Assembly: GCA_963663165.1 (NCBI GenBank)
Contig: OY760175.1
Coordinates: 1,408,001-1,472,000 of the forward strand
DNA length: 64,000 nt
Direction: 5' to 3'
DNA from: an uncultured Desulfospira sp.
Lineage (GTDB): Bacteria; Desulfobacterota; Desulfobacteria; Desulfobacterales; Desulfobacteraceae
How positions within the stretch are numbered: the stretch's first letter is position 1; each line of letters begins with the position of its first letter. This document shows, in pieces, positions 11,795-20,407 of this stretch. Below the pieces are notes generated by a model that saw only the letters and a list, made by a program, of their open reading frames with translations, did no database searches and was not told where the DNA came from. The position numbers and the translations under genes were made by a program.

Positions 11795-12382
11795 ATGCTA
11801 TCAGAAGTTCTGAAAAACGAAAGTTTTTTTTGGGATCTATACAAAATAGATCTGGCAACAGCCGAACGTTATAGACAGATGAAGTGCCCCCACTGCCAGG
11901 GACCGTTGTATTATGCCAATTATCCGCGCAAACCCAGGGGGGAGCCTGAAGGGTTGTCTGAAGAATGTTTTTTACAATTCAGTTTATGTTGCGGAAGGGA
12001 AGGCTGTCGACGTCGTTTGATCCCGCCAACCTGCCGTTTCCTTGGTAAAAACATTTACTGGTATGCGGCCATTCTGACGATTGTGTCCGACTGGCAGAAC
12101 CAATCTGTAGGTATCACGATGTCCAGGTTTGCTGAAACAATCGGTATCTCCCGCAACACCCTTAGCCGCTGGGTCAGCTTATTCAAAGAAATATTTCCAA
12201 CAAGCTCTCAATGGAAGAAAATCCGGGGCCGAGTACCTGCAAGCGTAAAAAATGATCGTCTTCCAGCAAGTTTGGTCAACTTCTATCTGCATCAACAGGC
12301 GTCCATCAAAAAAACGTTGATCTCCTGTTTGTCATTCTTGTCTCAAGGCAGTGAAATATCACAAAAAATAAGGGCCGGGTAA
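11795..12382 (+). CDS. Transposon accessory protein, Zn-finger plus HTH-like
   Basis: CPHC...CCGREGC cysteine cluster; 'GISRNTLSRWV' HTH-like segment; GGAG RBS. Confidence 0.75.
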   Translation: MLSEVLKNESFFWDLYKIDLATAERYRQMKCPHCQGPLYYANYPRKPRGEPEGLSEECFLQFSLCCGREGCRRRLIPPTCRFLGKNIYWYAAILTIVSDWQNQSVGITMSRFAETIGISRNTLSRWVSLFKEIFPTSSQWKKIRGRVPASVKNDRLPASLVNFYLHQQASIKKTLISCLSFLSQGSEISQKIRAG

Positions 12383-12497
12383 TCTCACGCAGAAGATGGG
12401 CGTGGCCTTGGGCGCTCAACTGTTCTATCAAAGGGGCCGGGATTTTTATCAGCATTTCGCTGAAAATTTTAACTCAAAATTGAAAGGACCCCGGCCT

Positions 12498-13943
12498 ATG
12501 AACAGTAAAAACCAAAGTCCGGTTGATAACTGGGCTTTGTTTCGCTTCTCAGTCGTTGGCGGTTTGCTGGCAAATCCGCCGGCCAAAGGTGAGCTGCGCA
12601 AGGAACTGGAAAAGCTTTCCTATCAGATTTACACCCATCCCATCACGAACGAATCAACGGTATTTCATTTTTCAACTATTGAAAGCTGGTATTACAAGGC
12701 AAAAAATGCCCAGGACCCCATTATTGCTTTAGGGCGGAAAGTTCGTTCTGACTATGGCGGTTCAATTGTATTCACACCTGAACTGATCCGGATGCTGGGC
12801 AGACAATACCGGACTTATCCGAACTGGAGCTACAAACTGCACGCAGATAATTTCGCAGCAGAACTCCAGGAAAAGGAGGCTTCAGTATCGGTACCATCCT
12901 ATGCCAGTGTCCGGCGGCGGATGATCGAAAGGGGGTGGACCAGGAAGCCCTCAGCAAAGAAAAAACAGACAGCGGGTATGAAAATTGCCGCAAAGCGGTT
13001 CGAAAGCCATGAAATCCGAGGATACGAAGCAGAATATGTTCACAGCCTGTGGCATCTGGATTTTCATGAAGGCAGTCTGCGGGTGGTGGATAACAACGGT
13101 AACTGGTATACGCCCAAAGCCTTATGTATTCTTGACGACCATTCCCGCCTGTGCTGCCACATCCAATGGTATTCAGGAGAAACCACCCAGGATTTGATTC
13201 ATGGATTGACCCAGGCATTTTTCAAAAGGGGGCTTCCCAGGGCACTGATGACGGACAACGGATCTGCCATGACCTCCCATGAGTTTTGCAACGGTCTTAA
13301 AAAAACAGGGATACTTCATGAAACGACACTGCCCTACAGCCCTTATCAAAACGGTAAGCAGGAAGCCTTTTGGGGAACCCTTGAAGGCAGATTGATGGCC
13401 ATGCTGACCCGGGTGGACCCTCTGACACTGGAATATCTCAATCACAGCAGTCAGGCCTGGGTCGAGATGGAATATAACAAAACCAGGCATAGTGACATCG
13501 GCACATCTCCTGTTCAACGCATGCTTGAAGGCAAAGATGTTTCCCGGCCGGCACCGGATGAAGAGCAACTGAGGTTCGCCTTTACAGTCTGCGAATCCAG
13601 AAATCAGCGAAAATCTGACGGTACCGTGTCCATCAACGGGGTAAGATTTGAGATCCCTTCCCGGTTTCACCATATCCCTCGGTTACATGTCTGCTTTGCC
13701 AATTGGGATAAATCCATGGCCTGGCTCATGGACCAGAGAACCGGCAAACAGATTGCGCAGATCTACCCCCAGGACAAAATCAAAAATGCTTCAGGAAAAC
13801 GAAAGATCAAGTCGAGACCTGAGCATACCATTCTACCGGATGAAACATTGAAAGAATCCGAGCCTGCATTATTAAGAAAACTGATGGCCGAGTATGCCCA
13901 AAGCGGCATGCCTCCAGCCTATCTTCCCAAAGGAGAATCATGA
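12498..13943 (+). CDS. DDE transposase/integrase (rve core, IS481/Mu-like C-terminus)
   Basis: LWHLDFH, LMTDNGS and NGKQEAFW catalytic D-D-E; 'DGTVSINGVRFEIP' Mu-like C-terminal motif. Likely start MNSKNQ after GAAAGGA. Confidence 0.9.
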   Translation: MNSKNQSPVDNWALFRFSVVGGLLANPPAKGELRKELEKLSYQIYTHPITNESTVFHFSTIESWYYKAKNAQDPIIALGRKVRSDYGGSIVFTPELIRMLGRQYRTYPNWSYKLHADNFAAELQEKEASVSVPSYASVRRRMIERGWTRKPSAKKKQTAGMKIAAKRFESHEIRGYEAEYVHSLWHLDFHEGSLRVVDNNGNWYTPKALCILDDHSRLCCHIQWYSGETTQDLIHGLTQAFFKRGLPRALMTDNGSAMTSHEFCNGLKKTGILHETTLPYSPYQNGKQEAFWGTLEGRLMAMLTRVDPLTLEYLNHSSQAWVEMEYNKTRHSDIGTSPVQRMLEGKDVSRPAPDEEQLRFAFTVCESRNQRKSDGTVSINGVRFEIPSRFHHIPRLHVCFANWDKSMAWLMDQRTGKQIAQIYPQDKIKNASGKRKIKSRPEHTILPDETLKESEPALLRKLMAEYAQSGMPPAYLPKGES

Positions 13944-14767
13944 ACAACAAACAGCTTCTGGCTTATTACGGCCTTAAATGGAACCCTTTTTTTCCTAATA
14001 TCCCCGTGGAAGCCTTATGGCATCCGCCATTGATGAACAGTTTTATTTTTCGTCTTGAGAATATGACCCTGAACGGGGGCTTTGCTTTGATCAGCGGGGA
14101 CCCCGGCCTTGGCAAATCCAAGGCGTTGCAGATGATTGCCCAAAAGTTCGGTAAACTTGACGAGGTAGTTGTCGGGGTAATGGAACGTCCCCAAAGCAGT
14201 GTCGGAGACTTTTACCGGGAAATGGGAGTTTTGTTTGGTGTCAATTTGAGCCCTGCCAACCGGTACGGCGGGTTCAAGGATCTTCGGGAGCGCTGGAAAA
14301 GTCATGTAAAAACCACCTTGTTCCGGCCCATCCTGCTCATAGATGAGGCCCAGGAGATGCTGACCGGATGCTTAAATGAACTGCGTTTGTTGAACAGCGC
14401 GGACTTTGACTCCCAAAACCTGTTGACCACCGTGATTTGCGGCGATGACCGGCTCCCGGAACGGTTCAGATCAAGATCCCTGGTATCGCTGGGAAGCCGG
14501 ATGCAGTTCCGGCTGACGCTGCTTCCCTATGTCCGGGATGACCTGCTGGATTACATGGATCACAGCCTGAACCAGGCCGGCGCCCCGCACTTAATGACGA
14601 AAACTCTGATCAGGACCCTTGCAGACCATTGCGCCGGCAACCTGCGGGTTCTTAACAATATGGCCGCAGACCTGCTGACTGCGGGGATTGAAAAAGAACT
14701 CAATCAATTGGACGAAAAGCTTTTTATGGAAGTCTATTCCAGACAGCCGCCCAATAAAAAATCATAG
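13940..14767 (+). CDS. ExeA-like AAA+ ATPase (transposition helper)
   Basis: Walker A GDPGLGKS and Walker B LLIDEAQ; ATGA overlap with the transposase. Confidence 0.9.
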   Translation: MNNKQLLAYYGLKWNPFFPNIPVEALWHPPLMNSFIFRLENMTLNGGFALISGDPGLGKSKALQMIAQKFGKLDEVVVGVMERPQSSVGDFYREMGVLFGVNLSPANRYGGFKDLRERWKSHVKTTLFRPILLIDEAQEMLTGCLNELRLLNSADFDSQNLLTTVICGDDRLPERFRSRSLVSLGSRMQFRLTLLPYVRDDLLDYMDHSLNQAGAPHLMTKTLIRTLADHCAGNLRVLNNMAADLLTAGIEKELNQLDEKLFMEVYSRQPPNKKS

Positions 14768-14776
14768 GAGAACAAT

Positions 14777-14959
14777 ATGGGTATTTATGATGATCCGGAC
14801 ATGAAACTGGAAGAAATCACACAGGAATTGGAACATTTTATCCTGGATATGGTCCTTGCCGGACTTGAAAGCTTGAATATGGAATATCGGGCCTTCAGGC
14901 GATTCCAGAAACAAAGGCTCACGGAAAAGAACCGTCATAAAGAACACGAGCCGTTTTGA
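14777..14959 (+). CDS. Small hypothetical protein (60 aa) in the transposon operon
   Basis: AGGAG RBS; co-directional and tightly spaced between the ATPase and the primase. Confidence 0.6.
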   Translation: MGIYDDPDMKLEEITQELEHFILDMVLAGLESLNMEYRAFRRFQKQRLTEKNRHKEHEPF

Positions 14960-14996
14960 ACGTACGCCCGGACTCCAAAGGTCCGGGCCTGCCTCA

Positions 14997-15785
14997 ATGG
15001 AAAAAATACTTTGGAAAATCGGCAATTATTTTAAGCACCGCTTCAGCCTGGCAGTTCTTGATGAAATTAAGGGCCGGTGGCCCGTTCTCCCCTCTTGTAA
15101 AAACATCCCTTATCTTAAAGCTGAAAATGCCGGAGGAAGGCACATCCTGATCAGACCTGATCCTGTTATTCAGCCTTATTATTTTCTTGCCGACGATTTA
15201 AACATTGACCTGCTTATCCGGCATCATCAATCCATATCAAACCGCTTTAAACCAGGCAGGATGGTTATAGAAACATCTCCCGGCAATTATCAAATTTGGA
15301 TTCACAGTGACCGTCCGTTAAGCCTTCCCGAAAAAAAGTATTGGTTGGAAAACATGCACAGTGATCCCGGCGCCGACCCGAAAAACAGGTGGGGCAGATG
15401 CCCCGGGTTCAGGAACAGAAAAGCAAAACACAGAACGCCTTCAGGACAATACCCTTTGGCAAAGCTATTATGGGTGGACTGGAAATGCCAGGCTATTGTC
15501 CCTGAAATAGAATTATCCTCCCAACCTCAAGAAGTCTTTTCCCATCAACCCCGGGGGGGAGTGTGCCATAACGGTAATATTTCCCGCTCCCTCTATGATA
15601 AGGGTGACGAATCTGCCACTGATTTTGCATATGCTCTGGCCCTCTATAGAAGAGGTTTCTCACGAATGGAAATTTACAATCGCATTATCAATGAAAGGCA
15701 GGATTGGATTAATCATGCGGGTGAACGAAAAAAAACACAGTATCTGATCAGGACATTACAGAAAGCTGAAAAAATTATCAGTTAA
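14997..15785 (+). CDS. RepB'-like DNA primase (archaeo-eukaryotic primase superfamily, RSF1010 RepB type)
   Basis: FLADDL, VIETSPGNYQIW and DPGAD..WGRCPGFRNRK motifs, plus C-terminal DESATDFAYALAL helix-bundle motif. Confidence 0.85.
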   Translation: MEKILWKIGNYFKHRFSLAVLDEIKGRWPVLPSCKNIPYLKAENAGGRHILIRPDPVIQPYYFLADDLNIDLLIRHHQSISNRFKPGRMVIETSPGNYQIWIHSDRPLSLPEKKYWLENMHSDPGADPKNRWGRCPGFRNRKAKHRTPSGQYPLAKLLWVDWKCQAIVPEIELSSQPQEVFSHQPRGGVCHNGNISRSLYDKGDESATDFAYALALYRRGFSRMEIYNRIINERQDWINHAGERKKTQYLIRTLQKAEKIIS

Positions 15786-15949
15786 AATCGGGCTCTCTTG
15801 GCCTCCGGGAAAGCCCTTATTTACCATGAAACGTTGTCCATGAATTATCGTGATTGCTCTCACGATAGAACCAAAACCCCCCTACATGTCCGAAAACAAT
15901 TGCAAAAATTGCAATCGTCCTCACATAAGATAGGAAATCGCTGTCTGTC

Positions 15950-17860
15950 TTAGAAAGAGTAGCTGCCATCGCCATCGAAAAAAATTCTATGAAACAACTC
16001 CAAGGTGATCAATGAAATAATAGTGGCAGAAGACCCTGAAGCATAATCTGTTTTTTGATCTAAAAAATTGTTCACCAGTTGTTCTAAAAATTGCTTATCA
16101 AAATAGCCCCGGCTTGTTGTCCGAGAATCCAGTAGTAACTCTTTAACATATTTTGGATTTCTTTGGATTAGCCATTGATCAATCGGCATATCAAATCCTT
16201 TTTTTTTCTTTCTCAACGTTTGTTCAGGAAGAATATTGCCCATGATTTTCTTAAGAATGTATTTACCCTCTCTGCCCTTTATTTTCATTGAAACAGGTAA
16301 GGAAGCCACAAATTCTACCAACTCTCTATCATGAAAGGGGCTTATTGCAACCAACCCGTGAGCCATTGTCATTCGATCCACCTTCACCATCAGGTCATCA
16401 GGTGCATATGAATGGGTATCAAAATAAAGCATTCTATCAATCATCTCGAAACCGGACACTTCCCCGTATAACGACTCCGCATAGGAGAGCGGGTTGTTTT
16501 TTTTGTTTATTTCCATCATATCTGATGAATAAAGGCAGGGTTTCATAAGCTCGGGAACAGGCATATTGCAAATAATTCGCTGCATCTCAATGGGAAATGT
16601 TTCTCTGTACAATTTTCTTTTTATTTTATCATTCAAAGAAGATGTGCCGGAAGATATGGGAAGCCTTTTAATAATTCTATTTACAAATTTGTTCCGAAAA
16701 AGAAAGTTTAAACGAGAATCATTCTCCCTATGGTCCAAGGCTTTCATATAATGGCCTGATCCCCCTAAAATCTGATCCGGCAAATCTCCTGTCAAGACAA
16801 CATCAACTTCACTTTTGGCTAATTTTGAAGCAAAATATGAAGGTATGGCAGAGGTGTCGCTAAAAGGTCCATCATGGAACCAGACCAATTTTTCAACGAG
16901 ATCTGAAAAATCACTTCCGAACTCAATGATTGTTGAGTAGTGTAATAGCCCTAAATGATCTGCGACTATTTTTGCATCATCAATTTCGTTATATTCTTTT
17001 TCCCTGAATCCACCTGAAAACACTTTAAAAGGTGAGGGGCGAATCTTGCTCATTGCAGCCACAACACTGCTTGAATCCATCCCGCCACTAAGAAATGCTC
17101 CTGCATCCGGATATTTGTCTAAGCATCTTGAAACCGCTTTCAGGAATATGTCGTAAAATTGAGCACAATAGAATTCTTCACTTTGTTCTTCAGCCTCGTG
17201 ATGGTATTCAAACTGCCAGTATCGTTTTTCTTCAACACTTGATTCTTTAAAAACCACCATATGCCCGGGGCGTACCTGGAAAACGGATTGAAGCATGGTG
17301 TTAGGACTTGGAACATACCAATAAGATAAAAAATCATCTATTGCGCCAAGGTTAACCCTTTTTTCAATAAGCCCGGTTCCAATTATCGCCTTTATCTCAG
17401 AAGCGAATAGAATGGTACCGTCATTCTTTTTTGTATAAAATATTGGTTTCGCGCCCATTCGGTCACGTATCAGAATCAACTCTCTTCTTTTACCGTCCCA
17501 AATAGATATACTGTAAGATCCGTCGATCTTATCAACACAATCCTTCCCATAATTTTTATACAGTTGCAAGACAAGTTGGGCATCTCCCAAACTTTCGCAT
17601 AGAGCCGATTTATCACCAGTCTGACAAAGAATATCTCCATCCATGGCCACCATGATATCTTCTTTTGTATCTATGGCATGGACTTTAGAATCCCTTCCCC
17701 CATAAGTGTGGTATCGTACCCCTGCTGAAAACGGCATAGAAGAGTCGTTCACCCATGCGTATTTCCCCCGATGACAGATAGCACCAAGCATTGTTGTGAT
17801 TAACCCGTGTTTTTCATTTTGATCAATTTTGCGACTATGGATTCCTGCAATTCCACCCAT
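15950..17860 (-). CDS. Asparagine synthetase-like amidoligase lacking the N-terminal catalytic Cys
   Basis: RDRMGAKP, FASEIK, FLSGGMDSS and KVDRMTMAHG motifs, but starts MGGIAG. Confidence 0.85.
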   Translation of the reverse strand: MGGIAGIHSRKIDQNEKHGLITTMLGAICHRGKYAWVNDSSMPFSAGVRYHTYGGRDSKVHAIDTKEDIMVAMDGDILCQTGDKSALCESLGDAQLVLQLYKNYGKDCVDKIDGSYSISIWDGKRRELILIRDRMGAKPIFYTKKNDGTILFASEIKAIIGTGLIEKRVNLGAIDDFLSYWYVPSPNTMLQSVFQVRPGHMVVFKESSVEEKRYWQFEYHHEAEEQSEEFYCAQFYDIFLKAVSRCLDKYPDAGAFLSGGMDSSSVVAAMSKIRPSPFKVFSGGFREKEYNEIDDAKIVADHLGLLHYSTIIEFGSDFSDLVEKLVWFHDGPFSDTSAIPSYFASKLAKSEVDVVLTGDLPDQILGGSGHYMKALDHRENDSRLNFLFRNKFVNRIIKRLPISSGTSSLNDKIKRKLYRETFPIEMQRIICNMPVPELMKPCLYSSDMMEINKKNNPLSYAESLYGEVSGFEMIDRMLYFDTHSYAPDDLMVKVDRMTMAHGLVAISPFHDRELVEFVASLPVSMKIKGREGKYILKKIMGNILPEQTLRKKKKGFDMPIDQWLIQRNPKYVKELLLDSRTTSRGYFDKQFLEQLVNNFLDQKTDYASGSSATIISLITLELFHRIFFDGDGSYSF

Positions 17861-17885
17861 AAGTTCCCCCTGAAACGGTAATTGC

Positions 17886-19181
17886 TTATGGTTTCAATTT
17901 TTCAGACAAAATCTGATTTTTCAGCGCTGTCTCAAGACAGGTTGACAATGATAATAATATCCAGAGGATCTCGGTGTACAAAATACTGTGAGTCATCATA
18001 CTGCCTAAGCCATAGGTTATATATATTACACTTAAGGAAATGGCCGTAAGATGAATAGTATTCTCAAACGGTACCATTTGGGATAATTTATGAATATTTT
18101 TTATTTCAAAAACCGTTTTCAGAATGATGTACAAAAACAACAAGATCCCAATGGTGCCAATTTCACTATAACAAAGGACATAGGTGTTATGAGGGTCCAT
18201 TCCCGGATTCCTGGGATCATAGTCCGGTACGATATTCGCAAAATTATTCACACCGACACCCATGGGGTGGTCTTTAAAAATAGCAATTGATGCAATCCAA
18301 AAATCGAGTCTGTCAGGCCTTTCCTGTATAAACAACGAATCCTTTTCAACCCAACCACCCACAGAGTCGTCCACCGTACCCATTCTCTCGATAAATGAGC
18401 TGCTTGCTAACATGAAAAACATAACAAAAGCTAACAAATAGTATAGCGCAAATTGTTTTCTATAAACTTTAGGAATTTTAAAAACCGGAACAAATTGCCC
18501 AAAAAAAACACCCAAAAAAACAGCTCTGGATTGCGTCAATATAAATGCATTAAACATTATTGCAATACTTAAAACTATCGGAACTTTCTTCCATAAAGAA
18601 GATTGAAACATCTTGAAACCGATAAAAACGATACTGGCCATTAAGAAAGCCCCTAGTTGATTGGCTTCGGAAAAATCATTACCGCCAATGCTTTCTAACC
18701 TTCCACTGTTAATGTCACCACTGACATGTCCCTGATATGCCAAGAATAACCCGCATAAAATTATTGTCCATATTACTATATTTACACTCTTCGAGGTATA
18801 AACAACTCGAAAAAAAAAGAAAAGAAACACAAACATTTTTATAATTTTCGTTAAAAACTTGGTGGTCCCGTCATCTATCAACACTCCGAAGTAATTGGTT
18901 ACAACCCAAGCCGTCGCAGCAAAAAAATAAAATGCCACTTCCTTTTTAGAAAAACTCCAGTTTAACTTGCGACAATGAATAATACACCCCAGAATAAGAA
19001 CGACCATTGAAAATAAAGATGGCCGACTAATGATTTCCATAATTGGACGACACCACCATGCCCAGGGATTAACTAAGAGATAAACACAGAGATACCCTAT
19101 AATTCCCAGAAGAGGGTTTATAAGGGCACCGAAAAACAGAGAAGAAAAGACACAGAGTGCTATTAGTGATGTAAGAGACAC
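17886..19181 (-). CDS. O-antigen ligase/polymerase family membrane protein
   Basis: Many TM segments; LTQSRAVF, HPMGVG and HNTYVL motifs. Confidence 0.85.
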   Translation of the reverse strand: MSLTSLIALCVFSSLFFGALINPLLGIIGYLCVYLLVNPWAWWCRPIMEIISRPSLFSMVVLILGCIIHCRKLNWSFSKKEVAFYFFAATAWVVTNYFGVLIDDGTTKFLTKIIKMFVFLFFFFRVVYTSKSVNIVIWTIILCGLFLAYQGHVSGDINSGRLESIGGNDFSEANQLGAFLMASIVFIGFKMFQSSLWKKVPIVLSIAIMFNAFILTQSRAVFLGVFFGQFVPVFKIPKVYRKQFALYYLLAFVMFFMLASSSFIERMGTVDDSVGGWVEKDSLFIQERPDRLDFWIASIAIFKDHPMGVGVNNFANIVPDYDPRNPGMDPHNTYVLCYSEIGTIGILLFLYIILKTVFEIKNIHKLSQMVPFENTIHLTAISLSVIYITYGLGSMMTHSILYTEILWILLSLSTCLETALKNQILSEKLKP

Positions 19182-19213
19182 AAATACCGGTTATCGTAAG
19201 TAAGGTTTTTTCT

Positions 19214-20371
19214 TTATAAGCACGCGTCTATGATATTAACCATTTGGCGCATGTCTGTTTTTGTAAGGGACTGGTGAACGGGAAGCTGGATACAATGTTT
19301 TGAATAGTAAGAGGATACCTCGCATATATTTATGTCGATCCCATCCCAGGAGATGTTTCCAAACCTTGAAATATTAACACTCTTTTTTCTAAGCTTTTTG
19401 ACAATTTCATCTGAATTTTCGATAATAACAGGGTAATTATAGGGAACAACATTTGTGAGAGGGGCTTTGAAAAGAGATTTTATTCCGTTAAATTGACTTA
19501 CAGCCTGCTCAAGAATCTTAAAATTTGAAACTCTTTGCTCAATTATCTTCTTTTGATCAGATATTTGATAAATTAGGTTAGAAAACCAGGGGGCTTTCCA
19601 ATTTGTATATGTATCTTTCACCTTATCTAATGAATATGGATTTTCTTTTTTTTCATGAATAATTGAATGCATCTCAGACGGCTCTTCATTTTTTGACTTT
19701 ACTTTTAACCAAACTTTGTCCTTTATTCGAAGGCATTTATTTACTAAGTAGGGCAAATCTCCCATCTCTAATGTATTGATCCCAGATTTAATCTGAAAAG
19801 GAAGGGGCGCATGCTTAAAATGAACCCTGTTTGCAATTTTTTTATTGTTTATAATCAAAAATCCGCCATGGCAAACCGGTAAAAATTTCCATAGACTCAT
19901 AATCGCCATATCTCCAAAAGAGCCAATTGGAAATTTTCCAATCTTTCCGAAAAAGGTGTGGGCACAATCTTCAATTAAACAAAGATTATTTTCCCGGCAG
20001 TATTTCTGCACAGGAACAATATCATTGGGAAATCCAAAATAATGAACTAAAATAAGTGCTTTTGTTTTTGATGTTGTTTTAGCTTTTATATCAGATATAT
20101 CGGTAGTACAGTTGGGTTCTATTTTATAAAAGACCGGAACAAGGCCTGATTCTAAAATAGGATAAACCATTACAGGGCAGTGATAAGCCGGGAGAAGGAT
20201 TTCGTCCCCCTCTTTTAATCCCAGGCATTCGATTCCAATTTTCAGGGCGCTTCTCGCATTTATCGTCGAATAGCAATCACTATGATTCACTGCCCGCAAT
20301 GAATCATCCTTTTTGAAAAATGGCCAGCCTAACATATTCTTTGTGATGAATGGGTATTGTGCAATATACAT
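19214..20371 (-). CDS. DegT/DnrJ-like PLP-dependent aminotransferase
   Basis: LVHYFG, IEDCAH, SLWKFLP and LPVHQ motifs. Confidence 0.85.
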   Translation of the reverse strand: MYIAQYPFITKNMLGWPFFKKDDSLRAVNHSDCYSTINARSALKIGIECLGLKEGDEILLPAYHCPVMVYPILESGLVPVFYKIEPNCTTDISDIKAKTTSKTKALILVHYFGFPNDIVPVQKYCRENNLCLIEDCAHTFFGKIGKFPIGSFGDMAIMSLWKFLPVCHGGFLIINNKKIANRVHFKHAPLPFQIKSGINTLEMGDLPYLVNKCLRIKDKVWLKVKSKNEEPSEMHSIIHEKKENPYSLDKVKDTYTNWKAPWFSNLIYQISDQKKIIEQRVSNFKILEQAVSQFNGIKSLFKAPLTNVVPYNYPVIIENSDEIVKKLRKKSVNISRFGNISWDGIDINICEVSSYYSKHCIQLPVHQSLTKTDMRQMVNIIDACL

Positions 20372-20407
20372 AGTGAAATAAATCTCTTTGCTAATAAAAA
20401 AGGAGGA

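Larger units (their letters stand above)
11657..15862 (+). mobile_element. 4206-bp DDE/ATPase transposon carrying a RepB'-like primase
   Basis: TG...CA ends. Imperfect 29-bp IR (TGAGAATGGTCACAAAAAATCATGGAAAA / TGAGAGCAATCACGATAATTCATGGACAA, 21/29). Exact 6-bp CGATAG duplication at 11651-11656 and 15863-15868. Removing the element restores the acyltransferase frame. Confidence 0.92.
6060..15969 (-). pseudogene. Acyltransferase-3 (OafA-like) membrane O-acyltransferase, split by four mobile-element insertions
   Basis: Segments 15969-15863, 11650-11527, 8295-8052 and 6667-6060 join to 1083 bp (360 aa): MAATLSKTDSDFLSYVRTIAIFAIVFGHVGGFWFYR|PYSEFLHVFVPIFFFISG...KRCIN|LMVPYY...QVWFL...MI|SFVAF...FSIFLLH. 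These are typical Acyl_transf_3 motifs. Confidence 0.9.

Noticed and set aside
11657..15862. Integrated plasmid, IS21 or Tn7/CAST element
   Set aside because: No relaxase, iterons, TniQ or Cas genes; the ATPase is ExeA-like rather than IstB-like; IR/TSD boundaries fit a transposon
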